Shown piece after piece: positions 1-12,937 of a stretch of DNA of 64,000 bases (positions are counted from its first letter, which is position 1; each line of letters begins with the position of its first letter). The notes under the pieces are model-generated. The model worked only from the letters and a program-made list of their open reading frames with translations. It searched no databases and was not told the DNA's origin. Origin of the DNA: Camelus dromedarius (Eukaryota); NCBI RefSeq assembly GCF_036321535.1, contig NC_087437.1:106704001-106768000 (forward strand). The letters are read 5' to 3'. A program made the position numbers and the translations under genes.

Positions 1-257
1 TTTATCCCTTCCCACCCCCTTCCCCCCAGTAACCATAGGATTGTTTACTATGTCTGCGAGTCTGTTTCTGTTTTGTAGATGAGTTCATTAGTGTCCTCTT
101 TTTCTCTTTTTTTAGCTTCCACATATGAATGATATTGTATGGTATTCTTCTCTCATGCTGGCTTACTTCACTTAGAATGACTATCTCTAGGTACATCCAT
201 GTTGCTGCAAATGGCATTATTTTATTCTTTTTTTTTTTTTTCGGCTGAGTAGTATAG
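1..257 (-). mobile_element. LINE-1 3' fragment (ORF2 C-terminus/3'UTR)
   Basis: Minus-strand translation IMPFAATWMYLEIVILSEVSQ is the L1 ORF2 C-terminal motif; same 3'UTR type as copies at 28.3k, 33.7k and 60.3k. Confidence 0.9.
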
Positions 258-999
258 AACACTAATTCTAAGATAATTAAATAGATACTCAGAACACTAG
301 TTAGCTAGCTAGCTAAAGAAGAGCACGTTGCCCTGAGTATTTCTTCATTTGCATGTAAAAGACTGACCCTCAAGAGCAATATGGCCTCCAAGTGTTCTTT
401 TGTTTGGTGTCAGGCAAGCTAGTAAACTATGGGGCAAGATATCATGATAGGTCTCAGAGTGAGTGAGAGTACGCCTTTCTTTTACAAAGTGAGGGAACAG
501 TGATTATGAGATAAGAAGTGGAAATGGAGAACTAGCAGCCTGCAGACACAGTATTGGGCAGATTTAGGGGATACAGATGGAAGTTGAGGATCTGGAAATG
601 GATTCATTTAAAACTACCATGGTGCATACCTGCCGGGAAGCCTTCACGTCCCCCTGCCAAGGAGTATAAAGCCTAGATGTGCAGAGGAGGGGCAGGGAGT
701 ATGACACCTTCCCTTGTTATTTCATGCCAGCTTATCACTAGGGCCAATATGGCAAAGACTGTCCTTTGTAAAGGTCAGCAACCCTCAGACATGGTGCGTA
801 CTCCCCTTTGAAGTGAGTTGGCCATTACATGACTTTCTATGATCAAATTTCCAGGTGTGTCATTAGGGCATTGTCACCTTATCAACTGATATTCACTGAG
901 ACTAATTTATAGGTGCTTATGGGAATATAAGATATAATTTATGCAATCTACAGTTTCAGGTTTTCCAGAAATCAGAATATCGTGAGTCAAAATAAGGTA

Positions 1000-1112
1000 C
1001 TGGTTAAAAGCAATGACTTTGGGATTGTTTGCCCTGAGTTTGAATACTGTCTCTGCAGTTCATTTGTGTGATGCAGGATAGCTTCAGTTTTCTCATATGT
1101 TAAAATGGAGAA
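1000..1112 (+). mobile_element. MIR SINE fragment
   Basis: tggttaaaagcaatgactttgg...ctgagtttgaatact...cttcagttttctcatatgttaaaatgg resembles the MIR core. Confidence 0.6.
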
Positions 1113-1584
1113 AAGGAGTCTATTCTCTTTTCTCCATTTACCCTCTTTCCCAACTCCCACATCTGCTGTTTCATCTTCTCTGCACTGATTAGTTCTTTGG
1201 GAAGGAGATCCCTGCAGACCACATCACTAGGGTTTTTCCATGCAAGTGAGCTGGCTTCCAGTTGTTGCCAAAGACAGAGACTGATATAGATTGGATGGTA
1301 AGAAGAGAGAGGTGATCTGTTTCTTCCTGGCTCTCTTCCTGCTGTGGACCATATTTTATGCAATGGCTAGGTCCCTCAACTATTGCTTCTGTTGATGGTC
1401 CTGGCTTCATACTTCCAAATCTGACCCTCTAACACCTTCCCCACCTCTCATGCCTGTAGGTCTAGGGGTGGTAAAGGATTCCCACTATTTCTGGTCTCCG
1501 ACCATATCATGAGAAAGAATTTTTAGCCATTTGAATTGGATTCTGATTCCTGATGAGATCCTGGATGATGAAATATTGTTGTTC

Positions 1585-1795
1585 TTACATTCTTCAACAA
1601 ATATTTTTTAAATCTACTATAACTTAGTAAGTTCCATTGTGTTTACTGTTGTATCCCTGCTGCATAGCACAGGACTCGGAAGATATTATGGGATCAATAA
1701 ATATTTGTTGGAAGAATACCTATTATATAGACACTGTACTGGGCCCTGGTGATTAAATGGTGAATAAGACAAACTTTCTGACCTCATGAAGCCTT
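1585..1795. mobile_element. L2 3'-end fragments (both orientations)
   Basis: tcaataaatatttgttggaagaat (L2 3' end) and acactgtactgggccctggtgattaaatggtgaataagac (antisense L2). Confidence 0.5.
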
Positions 1796-3736
1796 TTTTC
1801 AGCCTAGCCATAAGGATTGAGTGAGATCACATGAAACGAGGACAAGCCTGGTACCTATTTACTGAGTTAACTCATCCAAGAAACAAGTTTGGCCTTTTTT
1901 TCCTCCCCTGTCAGCTGGTCATAAAGGCCCCCTGCATCTGGCCAAAGATGTGAGCTGAGCGAGAGGTGATGAAACAACAGGTGTGGCTCAGGTATGAGTC
2001 TAGGTCACCTGATTAGGCAGCTTACTTTGTTCGCTGGCTGAGTTTGCATCTAATCCAGAACTTTCTATTATACACTGGACTGCTGCTGGACCTGCCCAAC
2101 CTTTTAACTTAGTGGGCACGAAAGACCCAGCTCTTGATGGTCCAACTCTGTGATCACTTGGGATCCCACAGTCAGACAATAGAAGGGCAATGCTAGGAGC
2201 TGTTTTTCGAGTGGTGTACAGTTCTTTTCTGTGGACTGCGTGGCCTCGCTCTGGAACCCTGTGGGCCACATTGTGATTGTCCTATTAGAAACAGTCAGAA
2301 ACTCCACATGGTGCCTTTTCCCACGATGCACACCTCTGGCACCATAGGGTCCGCCAGGTTGTATGACCTGAGAGGTAGGGCTGTGTAGATCCCAGACTGG
2401 ACCTGCTCTTGGCTTCTCTCAAAGCCACCAGCTTTCCTTGCTACCTGCCAAATAGGTCCAAATAGTATTCCTGAGTAGGGAAATGAGATGCCTCTAGAAC
2501 TGACAAGTCTTATAAGGCAACATGCTTCTGTCTTAGGAGGTTCAATAAGCACTCATTTGTCCTTAACTTCAGAAGAGATTTTTCTGGCAAACCCCAGACT
2601 CCTGGAAACATCACTGATGTGATGGCTTCCTAAGATTTCCATGGGATTTATGTCCCATACTCTGTCACCTGTGTCTTAACCAAGGCTTCTGTTGTCTGTG
2701 CCACTTCTTGTTCATCTGGTTTGATTAGCCTAATGTCATTAATATAGTGAACCAATGTGACGTTGTGCAAAATGACAGCCCAGACCATATTTTAACAAGG
2801 GCGAGAGAGATAATACAGCCCTGGGGCGTATCAGATACTATTATTAGATGCATACCATAGATGTATACTATTTTCTGTTCTATTGAAATGCAAAATGCTT
2901 CTGACCCCCTTCATGATGGGGAGAGAAAAGAATGAAAGATTACCAGATTAAAGGTAGCCTCGCCATGCTATGAGCTGTGTTAACCTGTTACAGCAAATCC
3001 ACATCCAGCAGAGCAGCTGCCCTTGGACTAATACTCGTTTAATTTGGTGGCAGCTCCTTTTCCTCCACCATAATTCATGTGGTGTTTGAGGAACCTGACT
3101 CTGATTAGACTGAGAACTCATGGAGACCACCATCCCTGCTTTCTTTAAACTATGAAGGTGGCAGTGCCACCCCACCCCTATGAACCTGTGCTTTGATTTA
3201 CCATCTTGGTCAAGGAGGGAGCTGTTTCAGAGCTTTCTCTTGGCTTTCTCCACTCTGATTGCTCTTACACCACATATTAAGGCACCAATGTGAGGATTTT
3301 GTCAACTCTCATGGCCATTCCATGATATATTTGGAGTCTGGTAGAAATGACCACTGGATAGATTCATGGACCCAGTGAATGAACTGTGAGATGGACCTAC
3401 GCTGAGACTCCATATATTACTGGCCTCTCTGTGCCCCAAAAGGGGGACCATGGTGATGCTTTGGGTCCTGAGTATCAATGCCAATTTAGACTCTTTCAAT
3501 TCTGGAAAGGTCTGGGCATTCCTTTGTCCTCAACATACAGTTACTTAAGTAAATGGCATTAGTCCCTTTGAAGAAGCACTTGGGAACTTACTACTAAGTA
3601 TACTTACTGCTGAGCTTCAGACTCTCTCTTCAGAGGAAACTGGCCTTTCTTTAGTCCATGGATTCTGGGCCTGAGAGCAAGCTCATATCTGGACATTGGG
3701 CAAGAGAGACTCAGTTTTTATTGAGGTGGCTGCTCC

Positions 3737-4272
3737 TGTTACCAAGTCCAAACTCGTTCTGCTTGCTGCGTGACAGGCCAATAAATCGGGAGAGGAGATG
3801 TTGGGGCAAGGAATAGTGACTTTATTTGGAAAGCCAGCAAACCGAGAAGATGGCAAACTAATGTCCTGGAGAACCATCTTCCCCAAGTCAGAATTCAGGC
3901 TCCTTTTGTACTAAAAAGGGGAGTGGGCATGGTTGGTTGTTGCAAACTTCTTGGTGCAGGAATTCTTTGTTCCTGGAATCCTTTGTTCTTGCGGCTGTCC
4001 GTGTAGGTCAGGTCATGGTGCCCCTGTAAAACCTTCAACAAAACAAATGTTATTTTCTATTCTGCAACTTGTTGTCTTTATATGAGTGCAGAAGTGTTAA
4101 TATCCTTAAAGATCAGAGCCTTGAGAATAGGCTATCCTGTATATTTCAGGCTCTAGACAACATTGTTTTACAAAAGGTGCAGAGCCAGGAAGACTAAGCC
4201 TAGAAAACGGCACAGAGTTAAAGCCAAAGGAACAGATCTAATAGGGAATCAAATTTGTTCTTTTCTATTACA
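3737..4272 (-). mobile_element. Solo LTR (ERV1-like) nested in the ERVL
   Basis: TGTTA...TTACA termini, 536 bp, minus-strand AATAAA near 3821-3826, 4-bp flanks ctcc/ctct. Confidence 0.75.
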
Positions 4273-4574
4273 CTCTCAGCTTCCTGATCATCTTGATGAT
4301 TGATGTACAGGACAACTCTCATCTGCTGCCTCTCTATGTTGCCACCACGAACACGGCCTTCTCTTGACCATCCCCATTGTTCTCTGAGTCAGGCTCCCCT
4401 GGCTGCTCCACCAGCCTTGCTTCTTATTGTGATGATTGTGCTCACTTGCTTCTGAGGGTTAAGTGCTGCCACTTGGTCTCTGTTCTTTCAGAATTCTGTC
4501 ATCTTCATTGTCCTGTGGGATCCCAGTTCTGTAATGACAGGTTTTCCCATTAGCCCCACTCATGACTGACACTG

Positions 4575-4729
4575 TGACTGTCCCCTGTGCACTTGCACAT
4601 AGCCCTCCATTTGGAAGGGCCCCACACTTTGTTCAATGCTCTGCTGTTGCAGTCTTGAAATTCCTTTTAAGCAAGAGATCCCACATTTGCATTTTGTACC
4701 GGGCCTTGCAAATGCTGTTGCCAGTCCTG
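4575..4729 (+). mobile_element. hAT-Tip100 non-autonomous element (MER45A-like)
   Basis: gaagggccccacactttgttcaatgctctgctgttgcagtcttgaaatt...gggccttgcaaatgctgttgccagtcctg resembles the MER45A consensus. Confidence 0.65.
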
Positions 4730-5511
4730 GTCCTGCACTTCAGAATATGGCCACGGCTGAGCTTTTCATTAATGCTGGTGCCTTTCTCACCAGTGCATTC
4801 TTACTGCGTCGGCAAAGGGAGTGTTCTGTGTGCCGACTTGCAGAAAAGAGTCGGCTTTCTGTAATATATCTACTTTACCATGCCCACCTTTCTGAGTCTT
4901 CTGATTCCTTATCTTGTCCACTGTTCTGACATTTCTGCTTCACTTAGCGTGGGCTCTTGCTTTCTCTCAGTTTCCAAGAGCCAGCCTAGCAGTGTATAAG
5001 CATTGTGTCCCGGGGTCCTTGCCAAAGTATTAAATCTGTATTCTGAAAGAGTATTAATAAACTCTCCCTAATCCAACTTCACATCCTCTCCTTTTCCCCT
5101 TGATCTGACATTCTCTTAGAATCCACAGACACAGTCATACTTTTTGAGTTTCTAGTGGTATCTGTTAGCCAGGTCCTGCAGCGCCATCGTTGCTTTCACT
5201 TCTGCCTTGAATCAGTGCTTGATCACCCTCAGTTAGTTATTACTTCTTTTCATAAATCAATGGCATTCAACAGCCACCCAGTTCCATTCTTGGAGTTGCA
5301 TCTTTCCTCCTGTCCCTCAAATGCAAGAGGCGTTGCCTTGGCTAGTGCTTCCCCTTCTGCTGCTGTCTCACCCATGGGACCACCAGTGAAAGTTTTAACA
5401 ACTTGCGTGCTGCATCCTACTTACCACTTTCTGCCATCTACTGTCCTCGTGGCCAGCTGGTGAGCTGGCTCCCAAATCCCAGTTTAGGGTCTTCTTCCTA
5501 AAACTGCATCA

Positions 5512-5940
5512 ACCTGCTTAAACTGGGTCCCTGGAAAAGATTCTGAGACAAGGAGTTGCAGACAGAAGGAGAGGGCTTGTTGGGGAGGGTTCTTGGGAAA
5601 TACACTGGCAAGGAAGTCAGGGTGATTAGATGAGGAGACCAAGAAGTTGACCTCCATACAGTTGCAAGTGAGGCTCCCACATCCCAGAGGGAGCACTAGA
5701 GCAGGGCTGATCCTTCAGGTTCTCGTACATTGAGGCAGGGGAGCTTGGCCTTAGACCCCCACAGCAGCTAGTCACTAGCTGTGGGACCACCCTCCCTGGG
5801 AGATGTGACCTTGCGTGAAGCAGTTCTCTGTGGCCGAGGCAATTCCCAGTGTGGGATGCAGCTGTGAGCCCTCAGCATGTGGGAATTGGGGGTACCCACC
5901 ATCAGCAGAGGATCTGGACAGAGCATCACTGCACTGTAGC
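5512..5940 (-). mobile_element. LTR16-type ERVL LTR (5' LTR of the adjacent provirus)
   Basis: Reverse strand matches LTR16 features (ctcacagctgcatccc...gggaattgcctcggcc...caaggtcaca); lies directly upstream of the ERVL internal region. Confidence 0.75.
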
Positions 5941-8589
5941 CAAATTGCAGTCCAGATAATAACGTCCTACTGGGAATTCACATGATGAACTAGAATAGAC
6001 ACATCTGAACACTAGAATTTGAACACATTTTCTTCTCCTGCATGTCTATGTTCAGTTCACAGACTCGATACTTCCAATACAGCGGCAAAGCCATTCCAGC
6101 AGTGGTCACGGCAATGGTAAACGGGCATTTAAATAAATATTGAAAGTTTTGACAGTTTGAACTACATTTAGCTTAACATTTTGTTTATGCTTATTATTTG
6201 GCACAGCTCCTGTTGTTCCTGAGAGCATTTCAGAATATGCTTATTTAATATCCTTTCTCTGCCATTTTTACTTCATTTGTTCCACCACATTTACTTTTCT
6301 GCAGTTAGCTGACAATGTAAAGAGAAGCAGAAGAGCTCAGAAGTCTACCCCGAATGCTACCCCGAGCAGGCTTAGTAATTTCAAATGCCATGACTTCTGC
6401 ATTACACTTTCTCCCCTTTTGACTCCTAATGATGCTTACCTGCTTTGGTTCTTAGGAAAGAGTCTATGTGAAAAAAATTCAGCAATTCTTGCCCTAGAGA
6501 GGCTTGAAACAAAAACTGATATCCACTGTCAAGCACATAGAGAGTCTAATAGGTAAGACAGAGAAGCTGTTAAGCTTCACTCTAAAGGAAAGCTTCAGTT
6601 GAGCTGATTTGGAATCTGCTTTGCAGATTGGTGATGGAATTTTGATAATATTGTATTGCTTTTTTCTTCCCTTCAAAGTTTTATTAAGGTTATGGTCAGT
6701 CATGAACTTTTATTTTTAATATTCTATTTTTTTTTCTTCTTACAAATCAAAGAACGATTGCCTGAGATCGTTTTCCATTGAACTGAGATTTAATTGGCTG
6801 ACAGAAATCCTTGCTTAAGATGAAAGAACATTCTTTTCTCGCTCAAAGCTGGTGAGCCTGATACTGTTTATGATTCAGGTGATTGTTAAGCACCACTGGC
6901 TGGTGACCTGTGACTCTTCAGGCACTTGTCCCCTTTGGGAAGGAAGAGGGTGCTCCTCTTTGCTCTGCTCAGCTGCATCTTCCTTTGAAGCACATGCTCT
7001 GCATCCCGAGTGCATCACCGACAGGTTCCTTATTATACAGGGCAGGCGGGTCAGAGTCATCGGCATCTGTGTGACTGATGAGTCTATTTCATCATAACCT
7101 GAATATTCATGTCCTGCACTATTTGAGATTCTAGAACCTTCCTACTCACAAATGCAATAAGAACAACACATATACCTATTTTGCTGTGGGAGAAAATAAC
7201 CTCACATCACACTCCCATCATTCTTGTTGCCGAAAAATGATTTCCAATGTCGATCACTCCACAGAAGGTAAAGAGTTATCTGAACTTTTAAACAACAGAA
7301 AATAATCTACAAACATTCCACATAGCAACGGAAGCAAGAGGAGGTGATTCAGTTAGTCTTGGAAGACACCCTTTAATTTATCTCCAGAGCAATATTGAGA
7401 AAGAAGACAGATTCTCCTCATTCTAACTTTTCAATGTGAGGTGAGGGTATTTGCGATCGCAAGCCTTAAAGTCACAGACAGTGGCCACCACGTGTCTCCG
7501 TCTAGCTCTTTGCACAGGAATCCCTGCTTTTTAAAGGGAGCTATGTGGGGGCTGGGCCACAGCTGCATCACTCTCATTAGACCAGAACTCTCACAGCCAG
7601 GGAATACCGGCACCTAAAACACAAGAGGGAGTGAGCACGAGCAATGCTTCTGAGGCTGTTCTCAAAACACATCATTATCTGGCTTTTCTGTTTCAGTAAT
7701 TTGTAAGCAGGCTGCCTCCTCTATAAACAGACCAGCAGGAAAGCAGAAAGCCGTGTGGCTGACTGAATCTCTCCTGCCTGGGACTTGGGAGACAACATCA
7801 ATTTTAATGAACTGAAATGGGGAGATGTCTTTGAGGGAATGCCATTTGGTACATGACCATTGGAAAAGCCTGGGTTTCTTTAAGGGATGTGGAGAGATAC
7901 CCATTTCATGACACTTACTTGCCTGGCATCCCCCTGAGCAATGTTAGCTATTGGTTTTTAACAAATGTTTCCAGCAAGAATTGGGAATAGAAACGTGACC
8001 AGGAGCTCAGTATTGTTATTCATTGCTCTGTCCTGCTATGTGCATTACTTATTTCACACCTGATTATGGTGAAGGTCCCAGGCTGAACCTAAGCCGTGCT
8101 CATCCTAGGATTCCTCTATATTTGGGAATGTCTTGAATCCTGAAGGACCCTTTGTGGGTAGTAGAATCCCAGTGTCGCATGTCTCTGTGACGGGTACTCT
8201 GGATGGGCCAGTTGTCCTTATCCCAGACCCTATGAGAAGGATTACAGTAAAAGAGAGAATATGGGTAAAAGAACTGTCTAAAACCTCCAGAAGGTATTTA
8301 ATGCACAAAAGCATTGCTTTGAGGATTTTATTGCAGAGTAAGCCTGAGAGGAGGGTAAAGAGTACGTGACGTGGAGGGGTCAGCAGACACACAGTCCCAA
8401 CACAGAACAAAATGAGATGATGGAGCATCAGGCCAGACCTGCCTGGACCTGGCTATAAGGGAAACTGGGAAGGCCAGCAGCCACACTGTGTGGGCACTGA
8501 CACCCTTGGTGTCGCCGTGAACAGCACTGTGCTCCTTAGACAGGGGCTGCGTGGCTGCCAGGCAGCTTTTCTGTGTTTTGTCTATAACC

Positions 8590-8820
8590 AGCGATTCTCA
8601 GCTAGTGGCAGTTTTTCCTGCTGGGGACATCCGGCATAGTCCAGAGACCTTTTTTAGTTATTGCAACTTGGGAGGACGTGATGGGGGATAAGGGAGTGTT
8701 GCTATTGCTGTCTGGCGGGTGGAGGCCAGGGATGTTGCTCTGCATCCCACAATACTCAGGACAGTCCCTGCCTCCCCTGCAAAACAAGGAATTATCCAGT
8801 TCAAAATGTCAGTAGCACCA
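8590..8820 (+). mobile_element. MER20 (hAT-Charlie)
   Basis: cagcgattctca...ggggacatccggcatagtccagagac...ggaggccagggatgttgct...caaaatgtcagtag. Confidence 0.8.
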
Positions 8821-9219
8821 AAATCCATGACTAACTCTCATTTACAACTATATCACTATAGTGGGTTTGAGCAAGAAAGGAGAAACATGGAGGCATTTCT
8901 GGGCAAATGAGGTGATCCATTCCACAGACACATCTGAAACATCCCGATGGGGACCCTGGAGCTTTGTGAGAGGCTGCAAAGGGACAGTTCTTCCCAAAAA
9001 GAGGGGTGTGGAACCAAATAACTGAAAACATGCCGGTGCATATAAACACCTCCTGCATGCCCAGCTTTGTTCAGATTTAAACTTTATTAGCATCTAATTT
9101 TTAGTGCAATAGTCACGGTCCCTTTTGTAAGCTTCTAAAGAGCTGTACCTTATCCTGAAATTCACAAATACCCGATGATGTGAAACGTTGCCAGGTGCTC
9201 GGCCGTTTCGTTCCTTTTT

Positions 9220-9470
9220 AAATTCATCAGCATTTGTTGACTGAACCTTACGTGGCAGGCATTCTAGACATAAGGGAGACAGGAATAAGACAGACTCAGC
9301 TGAGGTCTCCCTGAAATTAAATTCTAGTGGGAGAAGTTGACTATAAATGAATAAATATTCAAGTAACTAATTGCTATTGTTTGAATGGATCTGTAGGAGA
9401 AGATACACAGTATTATGAAAATATGTAAGGGAGATCCTAACCCAGTTTTGGCCTTCAAAGAGAGTCGTCC
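9220..9470 (-). mobile_element. L2 fragment
   Basis: attcatcagcatttgttgactgaaccttacgtggcaggcattctagac...aataagacagac is an antisense L2 3' end. Confidence 0.55.
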
Positions 9471-9489
9471 CTGATGGAGGGGTGCCCTC

Positions 9490-9775
9490 GCTCAGGCTGC
9501 CTGGACTTCCTTACAGCATGGCAACTGGGTCTAAGAGCAGACCCCCAGAGACCAAGGCTGAAGTGCACGAGTTTTATCGTCTAACCTTACAAGTCACATT
9601 GCGTCACTTCTGCCATACTCTTGGATAAGACAGTCACAAGGATGCAGCCAGTTTCAAAGAAAGGGTGACATAGGCACTCCGACTTCATGTGAGCGATGGC
9701 ATGATCATATGATAAGAAAAGCGAGAAAGATGGGGGATGCTGTTGCAGTCATCTTTGGAAAATACAGCTGGCTGT
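9490..9775 (-). mobile_element. MLT1 (MaLR) LTR fragment
   Basis: cttccttacagcatggcaactgg...gtcacttctgccatactcttgg...agtcacaagg are MaLR LTR motifs. Confidence 0.6.
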
Positions 9776-10884
9776 AAGTAAAACAAGAGGAAATCAGTAC
9801 CAATTTCGGTTTAAATCACTTGTCTTTTTTGAACAGGAGATAAAACTAAAGAAATCTAGAGCTCATATAAAGGAAGCTCCAAATGTAAAGTTAAATCAAT
9901 AAAAAGTGATCAGTGAGTGAAAAGTGATAGATTCTAGGAAGCTTGGCTGGTAAATGCAATAATAATTTATTAATCTTAGTCTTAGGTTCATATTTTAGAT
10001 TCTTTGGAAAATTGTTTAGGTCCATGTAGGCCCCATATATATAGGTCCACTTGACATCTCATAGTTACCAGTAAAATGCTTTAAGACTGGAGTAGTTTTG
10101 TAAAAACTAAAGGTTTTGTTGCTGAAGAGATGCTGTGTTTTGTATGTGTGTGTGCATGTGCCTGTTCTTAAGCTCTTGTCCAACAGAACTTTTTTTCTTG
10201 TTAGAAAAGTCTATTTCTGTTGGGAAAAAAGCTGCCCAAGATTAGTATATATAAAAAGACACTATGGTATTGGTCGGTCATTGACAAAGCTCTCTGCTGT
10301 GGAGCACACCTTGCTTTGATGTCATCTCTCCATTTATGGGAATGAAAACTTCTTAATCTTGAGCAAACAAAGTGGAGGGTTCTGGAGAGCTGCATGGATT
10401 CTCTTGAAGAATTGGAGGGAAAGCAGCATATTCTAGAAGAATATACTCTGTATTTTACCTGAGATCAGTGGTTTATGAAACTTTATGATCATTAAAATCA
10501 TAATTTTCAATTGAACTGTTGCCCACTCTTAAGAAATTAGAATTTCAGAGGTTGAGCCAATAGTCCAGTAAAATTATTACTGCTTATTTTGCAGACCGTG
10601 CTATCTTTTTCAACATTAAATTGTAGACGTTTCTTAGATGATGTTATGGGGTTGACTTATGTGTTGAGTTTATAGTAAAGTTCTTCAGTGACAGCCCTTG
10701 ACTGAAGCAATTTTCATAATTATATTGACCTGAGAAAATGTCCTTGTCAGAGACACTGCCAGTATGGCACAGAATACAAATATTTTTCATCATGGGAAGG
10801 CTGGGGACGAGGCCAGTGTGGTCTGCAGAAGGTAGGAAATGTTTTTTCCAGATGACCTGGAGGTTTTTTCTTGTTAAACAACTG

Positions 10885-11312
10885 TTGAAGGTCAGGTTCC
10901 CAGAAAGCAGATTCTGAAGCAGAGGTTTGTGGTAGGAGATTTACTGGCGGGTGTTCTTGGGATCAATAATTCTGGGAGAATGAAGGAAAGAGGACTGAGC
11001 AGGGGGTGAGGTTGAACTTTAATGCAGTTCCAACAAAGGCCTCAGCTGATCCCATGGGGTGCAGTGGAGCTGGGATGGTCCCAGAGTGTCCCAGATAGAG
11101 GCAAAGAGGTCGGGGCCTTAGATCTCAATATTAAGCATCATTGGATGTGCACCGACCCAGAGGAGGCGGCAGAAATTTGGGTAAGGTGACTCTTTATATA
11201 CAAACAACCCCTGCAGAGAGGCTCAGCTGAAAACTCTCAGCAGTCACTACCTGCAGCGGCTGGGGAATACTTGTCTCAGTTCTGGAGGGGGCGCTCCATG
11301 GCATCTGCCATA
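10885..11312 (-). mobile_element. LTR16-type solo LTR
   Basis: ggttcccagaaagcagattctga...aaggcctcagctgatcccatgggg...ggagctgggatgg; homologous to 5512-5940. Confidence 0.75.
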
Positions 11313-11364
11313 AAATTTTAATTTTAATTAATTTAATTTATTCTATTTTTAAATTTTTGAATAT

Positions 11365-11430
11365 ATATATTTTTATTGAAATATAGTCAGTTTACAATGT
11401 TGTGTAAGTTTCTGAGGTACAGCATAATTT
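11365..11430 (-). mobile_element. L1 3' tip
   Basis: ttttattgaaatatagtcagtttacaatgttgtgtaagtttctgaggtacagc. Confidence 0.7.
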
Positions 11431-11969
11431 GAGCTACTGAGGGACACACCATGATCACCGCAAAACCTGTCAAATGTAGGTGATGAGGGAAACTTGATTT
11501 TAGGGAATAAACTGCCATTCAAAATCCAACATAATCAAGCCCAAGATCCAGCATACTAGTTCTCATCCCCAGGTGATACTGATTAATTACATCACAATGA
11601 AATGGTAGATTTGTACATTAGCCAGAAGTTTCTGAGTAAGGTGCTCCAAGTTTCTGCAGATTTGCAACAGTTCTCATACTTAATTGTGAGCACAAGAGGA
11701 ACATGAATGCATTCTGGATGATTTTTATTAATAACCATAAAGATAGTTCAAATCATCAAACATGTTTGTTTTCAAGGCCAAATCCTTAGGGACTAGAGCT
11801 GAATGGCGGGGTTGTAAGTGTACTGTTTTACATCTGGATAGGAAACTGCAACCTGCCATCTCAAGAGGGGCCTTGCAGGTGTCTCCTAGGAAAGGACTGG
11901 TTCACATCCTGTGGGAACCAAACACTAGCTGGGCATTAATGATAGCATGGCCCAATTATAGAATCTCAT

Positions 11970-12190
11970 CCATGGGGAGGCATTATATAGTAGTTAAAAC
12001 ACATAGATTCTGCTGGGTTCAGAACACAGCTCTACCATTCTTTTGCTTGGTTCTCTTGGGGAAATTAAGTTCTGTGTTACTCAGTTTTCCCATCTCTAAA
12101 ATGGGTATAATAATAATAGTACTAGAGTTCTAAAGATTAAATGACTAATATGTATGCATGGCTGGTAGTAAGTTTTTATAGGTGTTTCTA
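11970..12190 (+). mobile_element. MIR SINE
   Basis: ctcagttttcccatctctaaaatgggtataataatagta core. Confidence 0.7.
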
Positions 12191-12469
12191 TTGTAGTATT
12201 CAGTTGGGTTTTTTTTTTTTTTTAAGAAAAACATGAGCTTTTTTCTGTATTAAATTATTACACCAGGGGTGTACCTTTGCTGTATGGAAAAGAACAAATC
12301 AAATAATGTTGATTGTAATGAGTCAGTATCTTTGAATTACCTTATGGTTGACATTTGAAGATTCTCCTCAACTCTCTCCATATAGATTATGAAAAGACTT
12401 AAAAGAAAAGCAATCTTACTCTAGATCTTTTAAAGAGAGTGATACTGGGAATTTATTTTTAAGAAAAAT

Positions 12470-12600
12470 CTATGTGTCATGCATCTTTGGTATATTATCT
12501 CACTGAATCTTCATACCAACCCTGTGAGGTTGGTGCTGTAATTTCCTCCTTTCTACATCTGGAGGAAAACAAGAGGTTATGTGTAGAAACAGGAGCAGAG
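12470..12600 (-). mobile_element. MIR SINE fragment
   Basis: tattatctcactgaatcttcataccaaccctgtgaggt...ggaggaaaacaagagg. Confidence 0.6.
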
Positions 12601-12937
12601 TTTGGGATGAAAGCAAGTCAGTGTGATGCCATTGCAGGGCTGGGGCGCGGGTCCGGTGGGGTGGTTTCTCCCTGAGATGCAACTGAGGTTGGATGGTGTG
12701 TGCAGAACACAGATGGTTAGAGTCCTTTCCTCACTGTGACCAGATGTAAAGGTGTATCTCGTGAGGTGAATTCATAACAGCAGAACCATTAGCTTTGCCT
12801 TCTCTGAGACCATTTGTCTTTGGGCTACACAGTTATTTCAGTAGAGCAAAAAGCATGAAGACTCATATAATTACTAAATTATTTGGCATATGTCTTCCTG
12901 AGAATATAAGACAAAGGTATCCTTGCAAAATGGTAGC

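Larger units (their letters stand above)
1850..5505 (-). mobile_element. Decayed ERVL (class III, HERV16/ERV3-16-like) internal region: gag/pro/pol remnants
   Basis: Minus-strand peptides TLVHYINDIRLIKPDEQEV (RT YIDD motif decayed to YIND at 2735-2746), PIWQVARKAGGFE...LPLRSYNLADPMVPEV, CTPLEKQLLA and YDQLTGEEK match ERVL pol; many stops and frameshifts; abuts an LTR16-like LTR. Confidence 0.85.

Noticed and set aside
301..316. Perfect palindrome ttagctagctagctaa
   Set aside because: Trivial consequence of a short self-complementary (AGCT)n repeat
2000..3499. ERVL pol-like ORFs as a possible domesticated gene
   Set aside because: Fragmented across frames, catalytic YIDD mutated to YIND, and interrupted by insertions
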